The translations under genes and the position numbers were made by a program. A DNA stretch of 64,000 nt from an uncultured bacterium (GTDB lineage Bacteria > Patescibacteriota > Minisyncoccia > Phycocordibacterales > GWA1-40-21). Below the pieces are notes generated by a model. The model did not search any database. It was not told the origin of the DNA and was given only the letters and a program-made list of their open reading frames with translations. The stretch lies in the NCBI GenBank assembly GCA_903831305.1, contig CAIKXE010000004.1, forward strand, positions 147,524-211,523. Direction: 5' to 3'. Below are positions 9,617 to 17,411 of this stretch, in pieces; position 1 is the stretch's first letter; every line of letters begins with the position of its first letter.

Positions 9617-10171
9617 ATGGCTGAATTAATTTTAGGTTTAACCGGTCCGATCTCTTGTGGTAAAGGTACAGTTAAAAAATATATAGTAGAAAAATACAAA
9701 GCGGAGGATTGTCGTTTTTCTACGATTCTAAGGGATGTGTTAAACCGAGTGGATTTACCAACCAGCCGTGATAATTTGATAAAAGTTTCAACCGTTTTAA
9801 GACAGACTTTTGGTGAAGATTTGCTAGCCAAGGCTATTGCTAAGGATGCTTCCGGTTTAAATTCTAAGGTCGTGGTTATAGATGGGATCAGGCGCATGAC
9901 GGATATTGGCCACCTGATTAATCTACCGCATTTTGTTTTAGTTAGCGTGGATGCTAGCCCTAAAGTCCGTCATGAGCGTTTAGTTTTAAGAAAAGAAAAT
10001 GAAGGTGATGCCCAAAAAACTTTTGAAGACTTTTTAGCGGATCATAGACGGGAGACGGAGATCACTATTCCAGAAGTGATGAGCCAAGCTAGAGAAAAGA
10101 TAAATAATGATGGGGATTTTACTGTTTTGTATAAACAAGTGGATACTATTATCAGCAAATATATAAAATAA
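9617..10171 (+). CDS. P-loop nucleoside-monophosphate-kinase-like protein
   Basis: GLTGPISCGKGT Walker A, VVIDGIR, INNDG; lies inside the dTMP operon. Confidence 0.75.
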   Translation: MAELILGLTGPISCGKGTVKKYIVEKYKAEDCRFSTILRDVLNRVDLPTSRDNLIKVSTVLRQTFGEDLLAKAIAKDASGLNSKVVVIDGIRRMTDIGHLINLPHFVLVSVDASPKVRHERLVLRKENEGDAQKTFEDFLADHRRETEITIPEVMSQAREKINNDGDFTVLYKQVDTIISKYIK

Positions 10172-10172
10172 A

Positions 10173-10793
10173 ATGCCCAAAGGAAAATTTATTGTCATTG
10201 ATAGTGGCGAGGGGGCAGGCAAGACCCTACAGCTAGAAAAAGCCAAGGCTCTCTTTGGTGATTCTTTGGTTTTGACCCGGGAGCCTGGTGGGTCACCATA
10301 TGCTGAGGAAATACGCCAGATTATTTTGAAGTCCCCAAACTCGGGGCAGGCGGATGCCAAGACTTTATTTGCTTTATTTTGGGCGGCTCGGGCGGATCAT
10401 CTGAAAAATACCGTTAGACCAGCGCTCGAAGCGGGTAAAACAGTGATTACGGACCGTTTTGATTCTTCCACTTTTGCCTATCAGATAATTGCTCAGGGGG
10501 CCACAGAGCTCAAAGACTTTTTTTGGCAAATGCGGGACTTTTATTTGGGTGATTTGAAGCCAGATTTATATATTTATTTTGATATTGACCCGGTAATCGG
10601 CTTAGCTAGAAAAAATAAACAAGGTGGAGCAGAATTAAACCATTTTGAAGCTAGAGAAATTAATTTTCATAATTCTTTGCGAGCCGGTTTTAAAGAATTT
10701 ATCGGTCACGTTCCGCATACCATTATTGATGCCAGCCAGTCGGTTGAAAAAGTCTGGGCTGATTTTAGTGCTGTTTTAAAAAAGAATTTATAA
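10173..10793 (+). CDS. tmk: Thymidylate kinase
   Basis: DSGEGAGKT P-loop, TREPGG, DRFDSSTFAYQ. Confidence 0.95.
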   Translation: MPKGKFIVIDSGEGAGKTLQLEKAKALFGDSLVLTREPGGSPYAEEIRQIILKSPNSGQADAKTLFALFWAARADHLKNTVRPALEAGKTVITDRFDSSTFAYQIIAQGATELKDFFWQMRDFYLGDLKPDLYIYFDIDPVIGLARKNKQGGAELNHFEAREINFHNSLRAGFKEFIGHVPHTIIDASQSVEKVWADFSAVLKKNL

Positions 10794-10814
10794 AGATTTT
10801 AATCAAATAAAAAG

Positions 10815-12104
10815 ATGAAAGTATTTGTTTATGATGAGTTTGGTCCTCAGGATACTGCTATGATGCAGGCCCTATATTCTAGAAGTGCTCAGAGTGTGGA
10901 GGAACACGTAAAAAAGGTTAGGGAAAGTAATTCGGGTAAATTCATGGAGCGTTTTTATGTGGGTTATGGTCATGCCAGTATTGCAGACTGTGGTAGCACC
11001 ACTATCTTTGTGGAGGGGGTGAGTATGCTGGTAGCCAAAGCCATACAAGATTGGCCACTATATTCTGGTCAGGAAACTAGTTCCCGCTATATTGATATGT
11101 CTCGGCAAGCTATCATTGACCCGGTGGGGACTAAAGACTCAAAACAAATATTAGATAGTTGGATGGAATTTTATACTAGTAGCCAAGCCGAGGTCCAAGC
11201 TCATATTGCTCAGAAATATCCTAGAAAAGAAGATGAAGATGAGGTGGTCTATTGTAAGGCCGTGACGGCTCGGGCTTTTGATACTTTGCGGGGGTTTTTA
11301 CCCGCGGGGGTCGCTACCCAGTTTAGCTGGCATACAAATTTACGCCAGGCCCATGACAAGTTGGTTTATCTGAGGCGCCATCCCTTAGCGGAGGTTCGAG
11401 AGGTGGCGGAAAAGATTTTAGCTAGTCTGAAAGAAAAATATGCTCAGAGCTTTGGCCATTTAGAAACTCCGGAGCAGGATAAATATTGGAATTTCTTAGG
11501 GAGCAAATATAATTATTATTTTAATAAAAGCGCTAAGGCATTTTTGGCTAAAACTAATATTAATAAAAAGGAAATTGCTCAGTATAATGATATTTTTTCT
11601 AAACGAGCGCTGAAAACTGGCTTGCCTCATTTCTTGACGGAGCTTGGTAATGTGACTTTTGAATTTCTCCTAGACTTTGGTTCTTTCCGTGATATTCAGC
11701 GCCATCGAAACGGCGTCTGTCGAATGCCACTTTTGACATCTAAATTTGGTTTTAATGACTGGTATTTAAACGAATTACCAGAAAGCGTCCGTAAAACGGC
11801 CGAGAAGTTGATTAAAGAACAGGTTAAGTTGATTAATAAATTAAAAACCACTCCAGAGAACAAACAGTATTATTTGGCGATGGGTTTCAATGTCACTTGT
11901 AAAGTTTCTTATGGCTTACCAGCGGCTACTTATGTCTCAGAATTACGCTCAGGCCGATTAGTACACCCAACATTAAGAAAGGTAGCTCATCAGATGAGTA
12001 GAGCTTTAATAAAAATGTTTCCAAATTTAAAGTTGCAGTCAGACTTTAGTTTGGACGATTGGAATATTAGACGGGGAATGCAAGATATTAAGGAGAAAAA
12101 ATAA
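10815..12104 (+). CDS. thyX: FAD-dependent thymidylate synthase, long tandem Thy1-domain type
   Basis: YGHASIAD, QETSSRY, FRDIQRHR; about twice the canonical length; operon context. Confidence 0.85.
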   Translation: MKVFVYDEFGPQDTAMMQALYSRSAQSVEEHVKKVRESNSGKFMERFYVGYGHASIADCGSTTIFVEGVSMLVAKAIQDWPLYSGQETSSRYIDMSRQAIIDPVGTKDSKQILDSWMEFYTSSQAEVQAHIAQKYPRKEDEDEVVYCKAVTARAFDTLRGFLPAGVATQFSWHTNLRQAHDKLVYLRRHPLAEVREVAEKILASLKEKYAQSFGHLETPEQDKYWNFLGSKYNYYFNKSAKAFLAKTNINKKEIAQYNDIFSKRALKTGLPHFLTELGNVTFEFLLDFGSFRDIQRHRNGVCRMPLLTSKFGFNDWYLNELPESVRKTAEKLIKEQVKLINKLKTTPENKQYYLAMGFNVTCKVSYGLPAATYVSELRSGRLVHPTLRKVAHQMSRALIKMFPNLKLQSDFSLDDWNIRRGMQDIKEKK

Positions 12105-12105
12105 T

Positions 12106-13314
12106 ATGAAAGACAAACAAATTGAAAAACTGATTAAGGCGGAGGAGGGGAGGCAGAAGAAAACCATTTCTTTAATCGCGTCGGAAAATTATGTCTCGGC
12201 CGATGTTTTAAAAGCCCTCGGCTCCAAGTTTACAAATAAATATTCGGAAGGCTATCCCGGGCACCGTTATTATAAGGGGCAGACTTTTACGGATCAGGTG
12301 GAGGAGCTCTGCCGTAGCCGCGCCTTGAAACTTTTTAAATTAAATTCTAAAGATTGGGCGGTGAATGTGCAAGCCCTCTCTGGCTCACCAGCAAACTTGG
12401 CGGTTTACTTGGCCCTAGTGCCTCCGGGCGGTAAGGTGATGGGGATGTCCTTGGACCATGGTGGGCACCTTACTCATGGTCACAAAGTCTCCGCTACGGG
12501 TAAAATCTGGACGCAGGTGCCGTACGGGGTAGATAAAAATACTGAAGTTATAAATTATGACGAGATAAAAAAGATTGCTGTGGCGGAAAAGCCAGATATG
12601 ATTATTGCTGGCTATACCGCTTATCCACGGACAGTGGATTTTAAAAAGTTCCGAGAGATTGCGGATGTGGTAGTCCATCCTGAGGCTGGGCGAAGGACTA
12701 TACTCATGGTGGACATGTCACATTTTGCTGGGCTAGTGGCCGGTGGGGCTTATCCGTCACCGTTTGACTATGCAGATGTGGTAACCACCACGACTCATAA
12801 AACGCTTCGCGGACCGCGTAGCGCCTTGATTTTTTCTCGTCGGGATAAAACTAAACTGAATGCCAAAGGTAATCCAGTGAGCTTTGGTGACTTGATTGAT
12901 AAAGCCGTTTTCCCCGGGTTACAAGGTGGTCCGCATATGAATCAGATTGCCGCTGTAGCTGTGACCTTAAAAGAAGCTTCTACTCCCGCTTTTAAAAAGT
13001 ATGCCAAACAGGTGGTGAAGAATGCTAAGGTGCTAGCAGAGGAATTAAAGAAGATGGGTTGGAAGATTATCTCTGGTGGTACGGATAGTCATTTGATTTT
13101 GGTGGACACTGGGAAAATCAGCGGAGCCGAGGCAAGTGATAGATTGGAGAAAGTGGGGATTATTGTAAATAAAAATACCATCCCAAACGAGCCTAGGAGC
13201 CCCATGGATCCCTCCGGTATCCGCCTTGGTACTGCCGGAGAAACCACCCGCGGGGCTAAGGAAAAGGATATGGTGAAGCTCGCTAAAAGGATTGATCAAG
13301 CTTTGAAAAAATAA
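12106..13314 (+). CDS. glyA: Serine hydroxymethyltransferase
   Basis: LIASEN, NKYSEGYPG, TTTTHKTLRGPR PLP lysine, FPGLQGGP. Confidence 0.98.
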   Translation: MKDKQIEKLIKAEEGRQKKTISLIASENYVSADVLKALGSKFTNKYSEGYPGHRYYKGQTFTDQVEELCRSRALKLFKLNSKDWAVNVQALSGSPANLAVYLALVPPGGKVMGMSLDHGGHLTHGHKVSATGKIWTQVPYGVDKNTEVINYDEIKKIAVAEKPDMIIAGYTAYPRTVDFKKFREIADVVVHPEAGRRTILMVDMSHFAGLVAGGAYPSPFDYADVVTTTTHKTLRGPRSALIFSRRDKTKLNAKGNPVSFGDLIDKAVFPGLQGGPHMNQIAAVAVTLKEASTPAFKKYAKQVVKNAKVLAEELKKMGWKIISGGTDSHLILVDTGKISGAEASDRLEKVGIIVNKNTIPNEPRSPMDPSGIRLGTAGETTRGAKEKDMVKLAKRIDQALKK

Positions 13315-13736
13315 TGATTTTAAAAATTAAAAAGTTAAATAGCGAGGCGGTGATGCCCAAGTATGCCACGAGAGGTGATGCGGGGATGGATTTGTTTTGC
13401 TTGGACCGGGTGGTGGTGGCGCCAATGGCACGGGTGCAGGTCAGTACCGGACTAGCCATGGAGATACCGGAGGGTTTTGTGGGACTGATCTGGGATAAAA
13501 GTAGTTTGGCCCATAAGTTTGGGCTAAAGATTCTTGGCGGAGTGATTGATTCTGGCTACCGTGGGGAAATAAAGATCGGTATTATAAATTTAAGTACAGA
13601 GGATTATATTTTTGAAAAGGGACATAAGGTGGCGCAGATGATAATTCAGAAAAAGGAAACGCCGGAGATTGTGGAGGTGACGGATCTCTCAGTGACTGAT
13701 CGTGGTGAGTCTGGTTTTGGTAGTACAGGGAAGTAG
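13314..13736 (+). CDS. dut: dUTP pyrophosphatase
   Basis: AGMDL, GVIDSGYRGEI, AQM, RGESGFGSTG motifs. Confidence 0.97.
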   Translation: MILKIKKLNSEAVMPKYATRGDAGMDLFCLDRVVVAPMARVQVSTGLAMEIPEGFVGLIWDKSSLAHKFGLKILGGVIDSGYRGEIKIGIINLSTEDYIFEKGHKVAQMIIQKKETPEIVEVTDLSVTDRGESGFGSTGK

Positions 13737-13805
13737 GTTTGCTTGCCCGCCCGAAGCTTTCTTAAGCGAAGGAGGGGGAGTACGGGAAAGTAAAATAAAA
13801 AAGAG

Positions 13806-13840
13806 GGCCCCGCTGACAGTAATCTGTCGGCGGGGCCTTT
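13806..13840. terminator. Bidirectional terminator between dut and the nitronate monooxygenase gene
   Basis: GGCCCCGCTGACAG-taat-CTGTCGGCGGGGCC flanked by A and T tracts; genes are convergent. Confidence 0.8.
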
Positions 13841-13860
13841 AGGCTTGGGCTCATATCCTT

Positions 13861-14934
13861 TCAGTTATGAGCGAGTTCTATCATTAGTTCGGAGACGGGG
13901 AGGATCTTGTCCACGCGGTAGGCGTTTGTACCCACGGTGTACATGGCCGGTTCACCGGGAGCAAGGCCTATGGCCGCGCGCAAGGCGTCACAGATGCAGA
14001 AATACTTGCTGTGCTCGGGGTGATTAGGGTGCGCTTTACAGATGGTATAGTGACCCTCCTTGTCCTTGCCCAGGACATAACCCATCCGGCATTTGGGACG
14101 GCGGGTACCAGCTAGTAGCTCCAGGTAAGCAGGTGAACATTTGAGTATCCGGAAAGGGAAACCACAAGGGGAGCTACCCACCGTTATGATATCTTCCTGT
14201 CGGCACTCCACCACCGCGCGTTTGAACTCCGCGGTTGCTGAGCTCTCTTCAGTCGCCAGGAATCTGGTTCCCAGCTGAACCCCGCTCGCTCCAAGTCCAC
14301 GGAACTTCCAGATGTCGGTGTTCGTGTAGATTCCTCCGGCTACTATCACTGGGATATTGCCATTTTTAGTGGCTACTTCCAGTACTTCTGGCAGAAGTTC
14401 TTCAAGCTCGAGCTCAGACTGGCCGATGTCTTCCAGACGAGCACCCAAGTGTCCACCAGCCGCGTTTGGTCCTTCCAGGATTATGACATCCGGTTTCTGG
14501 TGACAGTACCGGAGCATGATCTTGAGACCTCTTGCACTCGAGGTGATCAGTCCAAAAGCGGTGTCCTTAAAAATCGTCCCGCGTTTGGGCACACCAGCTC
14601 CAAAGAAGATCACGGACACTTTGGCATCCAGGGCCGCTGTGACCGTTTCATCATAGCTCTCCGCGAGGATACCCATGACGTTTAGTCCTACACCGTAGCC
14701 GTCAGTCATCGCGGTCGCAATCTCTTCCTGCACGGCTTCATACGTGGTGTATGACCGTCCTTTGGTGATGGTGTAGAAGTCCTTGAGTCCAGCACTAGAT
14801 AGAACCCCTAAGCCACCATTTCTCCAAACCGCGCGCGTCAACCGCGGTCCAGATACACCGGCGCCCATACCTCCTTGGATGATGCAATACGGCCGGACAA
14901 TGTTCCCAAATCTCAATTCAGGAATGGTACCCAT
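13861..14934 (-). CDS. Nitronate monooxygenase / FabK-like FMN-dependent oxidoreductase
   Basis: IIQGGMGAGVS, EGPNAAGGHLG, PVIVAGGI, GVQLGTRFLATEES, C-terminal YFCICDAL; GC-richer than neighbours. Confidence 0.9.
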   Translation of the reverse strand: MGTIPELRFGNIVRPYCIIQGGMGAGVSGPRLTRAVWRNGGLGVLSSAGLKDFYTITKGRSYTTYEAVQEEIATAMTDGYGVGLNVMGILAESYDETVTAALDAKVSVIFFGAGVPKRGTIFKDTAFGLITSSARGLKIMLRYCHQKPDVIILEGPNAAGGHLGARLEDIGQSELELEELLPEVLEVATKNGNIPVIVAGGIYTNTDIWKFRGLGASGVQLGTRFLATEESSATAEFKRAVVECRQEDIITVGSSPCGFPFRILKCSPAYLELLAGTRRPKCRMGYVLGKDKEGHYTICKAHPNHPEHSKYFCICDALRAAIGLAPGEPAMYTVGTNAYRVDKILPVSELMIELAHN

Positions 14935-15036
14935 ATTCGTCTCCTTACTAATATTAAAGATCTACGACTCTTCCTAAATACTAACACGGTTTACCGGATT
15001 ATTCTTTTTTTGCCAGTTATATGTTAGTCTTTTAAG

Positions 15037-16497
15037 ATGGTAAAAAAGATAATTAAAAAAGTTGTAAAAAAGGCAAAAGTGATAAAGTCACCAGCTACCG
15101 CCTATGATGTGGTTATTATTGGTGGCGGGCCAGCCGGACTCATGGCCGCGTGCCAAGCTGGCGGGGCAGGGAAAAAAGTTCTGGTCTTGGAGAAGAATGA
15201 CGAGCTCGGCAAAAAGCTACTAATCTCCGGTGGTGGGCGCTGTAACTTGACCAACGCTAATCCAAATCATCGAGAGTTTGTCAGTAAATATGGTAAGAAA
15301 GGAGATTTTTTATTCAGCCCATTCTCTATTTTTGGTGTACCAGAAACTATAAAGTTTTTTAATGATTTGGGTTTGGAGACAAAGATAGAACCTGGTTTTA
15401 GAGTGTTTCCTGTGAGTGATAATTCCGCCGATGTTTTAAATATTTTGGTCAATCAGGCAAAAAAGTTAGGTGTAGAGTTTAAATTGTCTGCGGAGGTGGC
15501 TTCTCTTTCCCCCTCATTAGATAAGGTGAGTTTTGGGATGGGATCCAAAACGCAAGACTTCGAGTATTCCGTATCCGGGAAGCGAGAAGTGTACTGTTCC
15601 TGTAAGGAAGGGGCTAGGGGGCAGTTGAAAAATCAGAAAAGGATTAAGTCCGTAGTTTTACTTTCTGGTGAAGAAATCTCTGCCCATAAATTTATTTTAG
15701 CCACTGGGGGCATGTCTCACCCGGAGACCGGCTCCACCGGTGACGGTTTTAAATGGCTAAAAGAGATCGGTCATAAAGTAACTACGCCTAATCCGTCTTT
15801 GGTCCCGGTGAAAGTTTCTAATCCTTGGATTGCCGAGCTCTCTGGTATTAGCTTGGATGCTGTAGGTATTTCTGTCTGGGTTAACCAAGGTGGTTTTAAA
15901 AAAGTTTTGACTAAAAAAGGACGGATTCTTTTCACCCATGTGGGTCTGACTGGGCCGACGATTTTAAATATGAGTAAAGCGATCGGGGAGTATTTGGAAT
16001 ACCCTAATCCCGAAGACGGTCGGGCAGGCGGTGAAGTCCTCATCTCTTTGGATCTTTTCTCCGGGGTGGGTTTGGATCAGATGCATGAGATGATGCTAAA
16101 GACTTTTACGGAGCATATAAATAAGAAAATAAAAAATCTGGTTTTCCCGCAGGTACCAGGGAAAATATTTGAGTTGATTTTAAAACAGCTGGAGATTGAT
16201 CCCGAGTGGGAGATAAATGAAATCCGCCGAGAAGAGCGCTTGGCACTGATTGAGAAATTTAAAAAGTTTGAACTGACGGCCTCCGGACTGCTAGGGTTTG
16301 ATAAAGCTATCATCACGAGCGGGGGACTAGACTTAGGCGAAGTGGATTTTAAGACTATGGGTTCTAAACTTTATGATAATTTGTATTTTGCCGGGGACAT
16401 CCTGGACTTTGACCGTCCTTCTGGTGGCTTCTCTCTCCAGCTCTGCTGGACCACTGGGTATATCGCGGGAAAAAGCTCAGTAAACGGCCTAAAATAA
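15037..16497 (+). CDS. HI0933/BaiN-family NAD(P)/FAD-dependent oxidoreductase
   Basis: IIGGGPAGLMAA, SGGGRCNLTN, ATGG..P.TGSTGDG, LFTH.G.TGP, GGFSLQ; carries two in-frame palindromic insertions. Confidence 0.93.
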   Translation: MVKKIIKKVVKKAKVIKSPATAYDVVIIGGGPAGLMAACQAGGAGKKVLVLEKNDELGKKLLISGGGRCNLTNANPNHREFVSKYGKKGDFLFSPFSIFGVPETIKFFNDLGLETKIEPGFRVFPVSDNSADVLNILVNQAKKLGVEFKLSAEVASLSPSLDKVSFGMGSKTQDFEYSVSGKREVYCSCKEGARGQLKNQKRIKSVVLLSGEEISAHKFILATGGMSHPETGSTGDGFKWLKEIGHKVTTPNPSLVPVKVSNPWIAELSGISLDAVGISVWVNQGGFKKVLTKKGRILFTHVGLTGPTILNMSKAIGEYLEYPNPEDGRAGGEVLISLDLFSGVGLDQMHEMMLKTFTEHINKKIKNLVFPQVPGKIFELILKQLEIDPEWEINEIRREERLALIEKFKKFELTASGLLGFDKAIITSGGLDLGEVDFKTMGSKLYDNLYFAGDILDFDRPSGGFSLQLCWTTGYIAGKSSVNGLK

Positions 16498-16536
16498 GGC
16501 TTTATTACCACGATATTTGACAAAATCCTTAAACTA

Positions 16537-16565
16537 TTGACTTCTGTCATGTTTGGGTGTATAAT
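16537..16565 (+). promoter_or_regulatory. Sigma70-type promoter of the stand-alone gene at 16670
   Basis: TTGACT-17 nt-TATAAT. Confidence 0.75.
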
Positions 16566-16669
16566 AGTAGATAGATAGTTACAAGAAGTTAGTTGGCCGT
16601 AAATGGGCAAACGCTCGTTCGGCTGTCAGTAAGTGCGGAATGTCCATAAAATCGGAAAGGGAAGATGAT

Positions 16670-17143
16670 ATGGCTACTAAAACCGAGCTTGACTATCTCC
16701 GTCTCATTTCAGATGGAGAGGTCGTGATAGGCCCGACTGATGGTGAGAAAACTATCACCCAGGCCTTGAAAGTGGTCAGTTATGTTGATCCCAGCTTCAC
16801 GAACTACATGGATGTCAAGGGTCAGTCGACCCAGAACACCCCGGTCCAGGTCTATGAACTAGTCAGGGAAGGCACAGCTACCCAGATCTTCGAAAGTCTC
16901 GGAGTGGATCTGAACCAACTCTGTCTAACACAGAGTCAGATCATCCAGTTCATGAGAGACGGTCGCGATTGGGTCCTGTATTACGGGGATTCAGTGTCCT
17001 TCCTCTTCAAAGTGAATGACGAGCCCCTCGTCGTTTGCGTGGGCCGGGGCTCTGATGGGCTCGGGGGGTTCGTGTACCATTTATCGAAAGGCGGCGTCCT
17101 GTTAGCTAAGAGCTGGGACCGGTTCGTCGTTCCGCAACTGTGA
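16670..17143 (+). CDS. Hypothetical protein resembling CPR DGR variable (target) proteins
   Basis: ATG 16670 after AAGGGA; L..LCLTQSQIIQF, FLFKV, C-terminal RFVVPQL; NNC-rich C-terminal codons; family resemblance from memory only. Confidence 0.6.
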   Translation: MATKTELDYLRLISDGEVVIGPTDGEKTITQALKVVSYVDPSFTNYMDVKGQSTQNTPVQVYELVREGTATQIFESLGVDLNQLCLTQSQIIQFMRDGRDWVLYYGDSVSFLFKVNDEPLVVCVGRGSDGLGGFVYHLSKGGVLLAKSWDRFVVPQL

Positions 17144-17197
17144 CCTCATGGTGGTAATCTCCACCAAAACGCTTTGAAGATATGCGTCTACAACTTC

Positions 17198-17240
17198 ATC
17201 CCTCGCAGGTGCTACTCGGCACTTGCGGGGGATTTTAATT
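17198..17240 (+). terminator. Intrinsic terminator
   Basis: ATCCCTCGCAGGTGC-tactcg-GCACTTGCGGGGGAT followed by T-rich tail. Confidence 0.75.
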
Positions 17241-17411
17241 TGCCCAGTGGTCAACGTGGCAGGTTGACCACTTAGGGCTACATTGCGTAGTAGTTCCTAT
17301 ATGCAATTATAATATAACGACCGTGTCCTTATAATTGCATGTTTATATTCAAGCATAGTTAGGTAAGTGGTGTAGGTGGAAAAAAGGGCGGTGGGATGCT
17401 AGTATATACAG

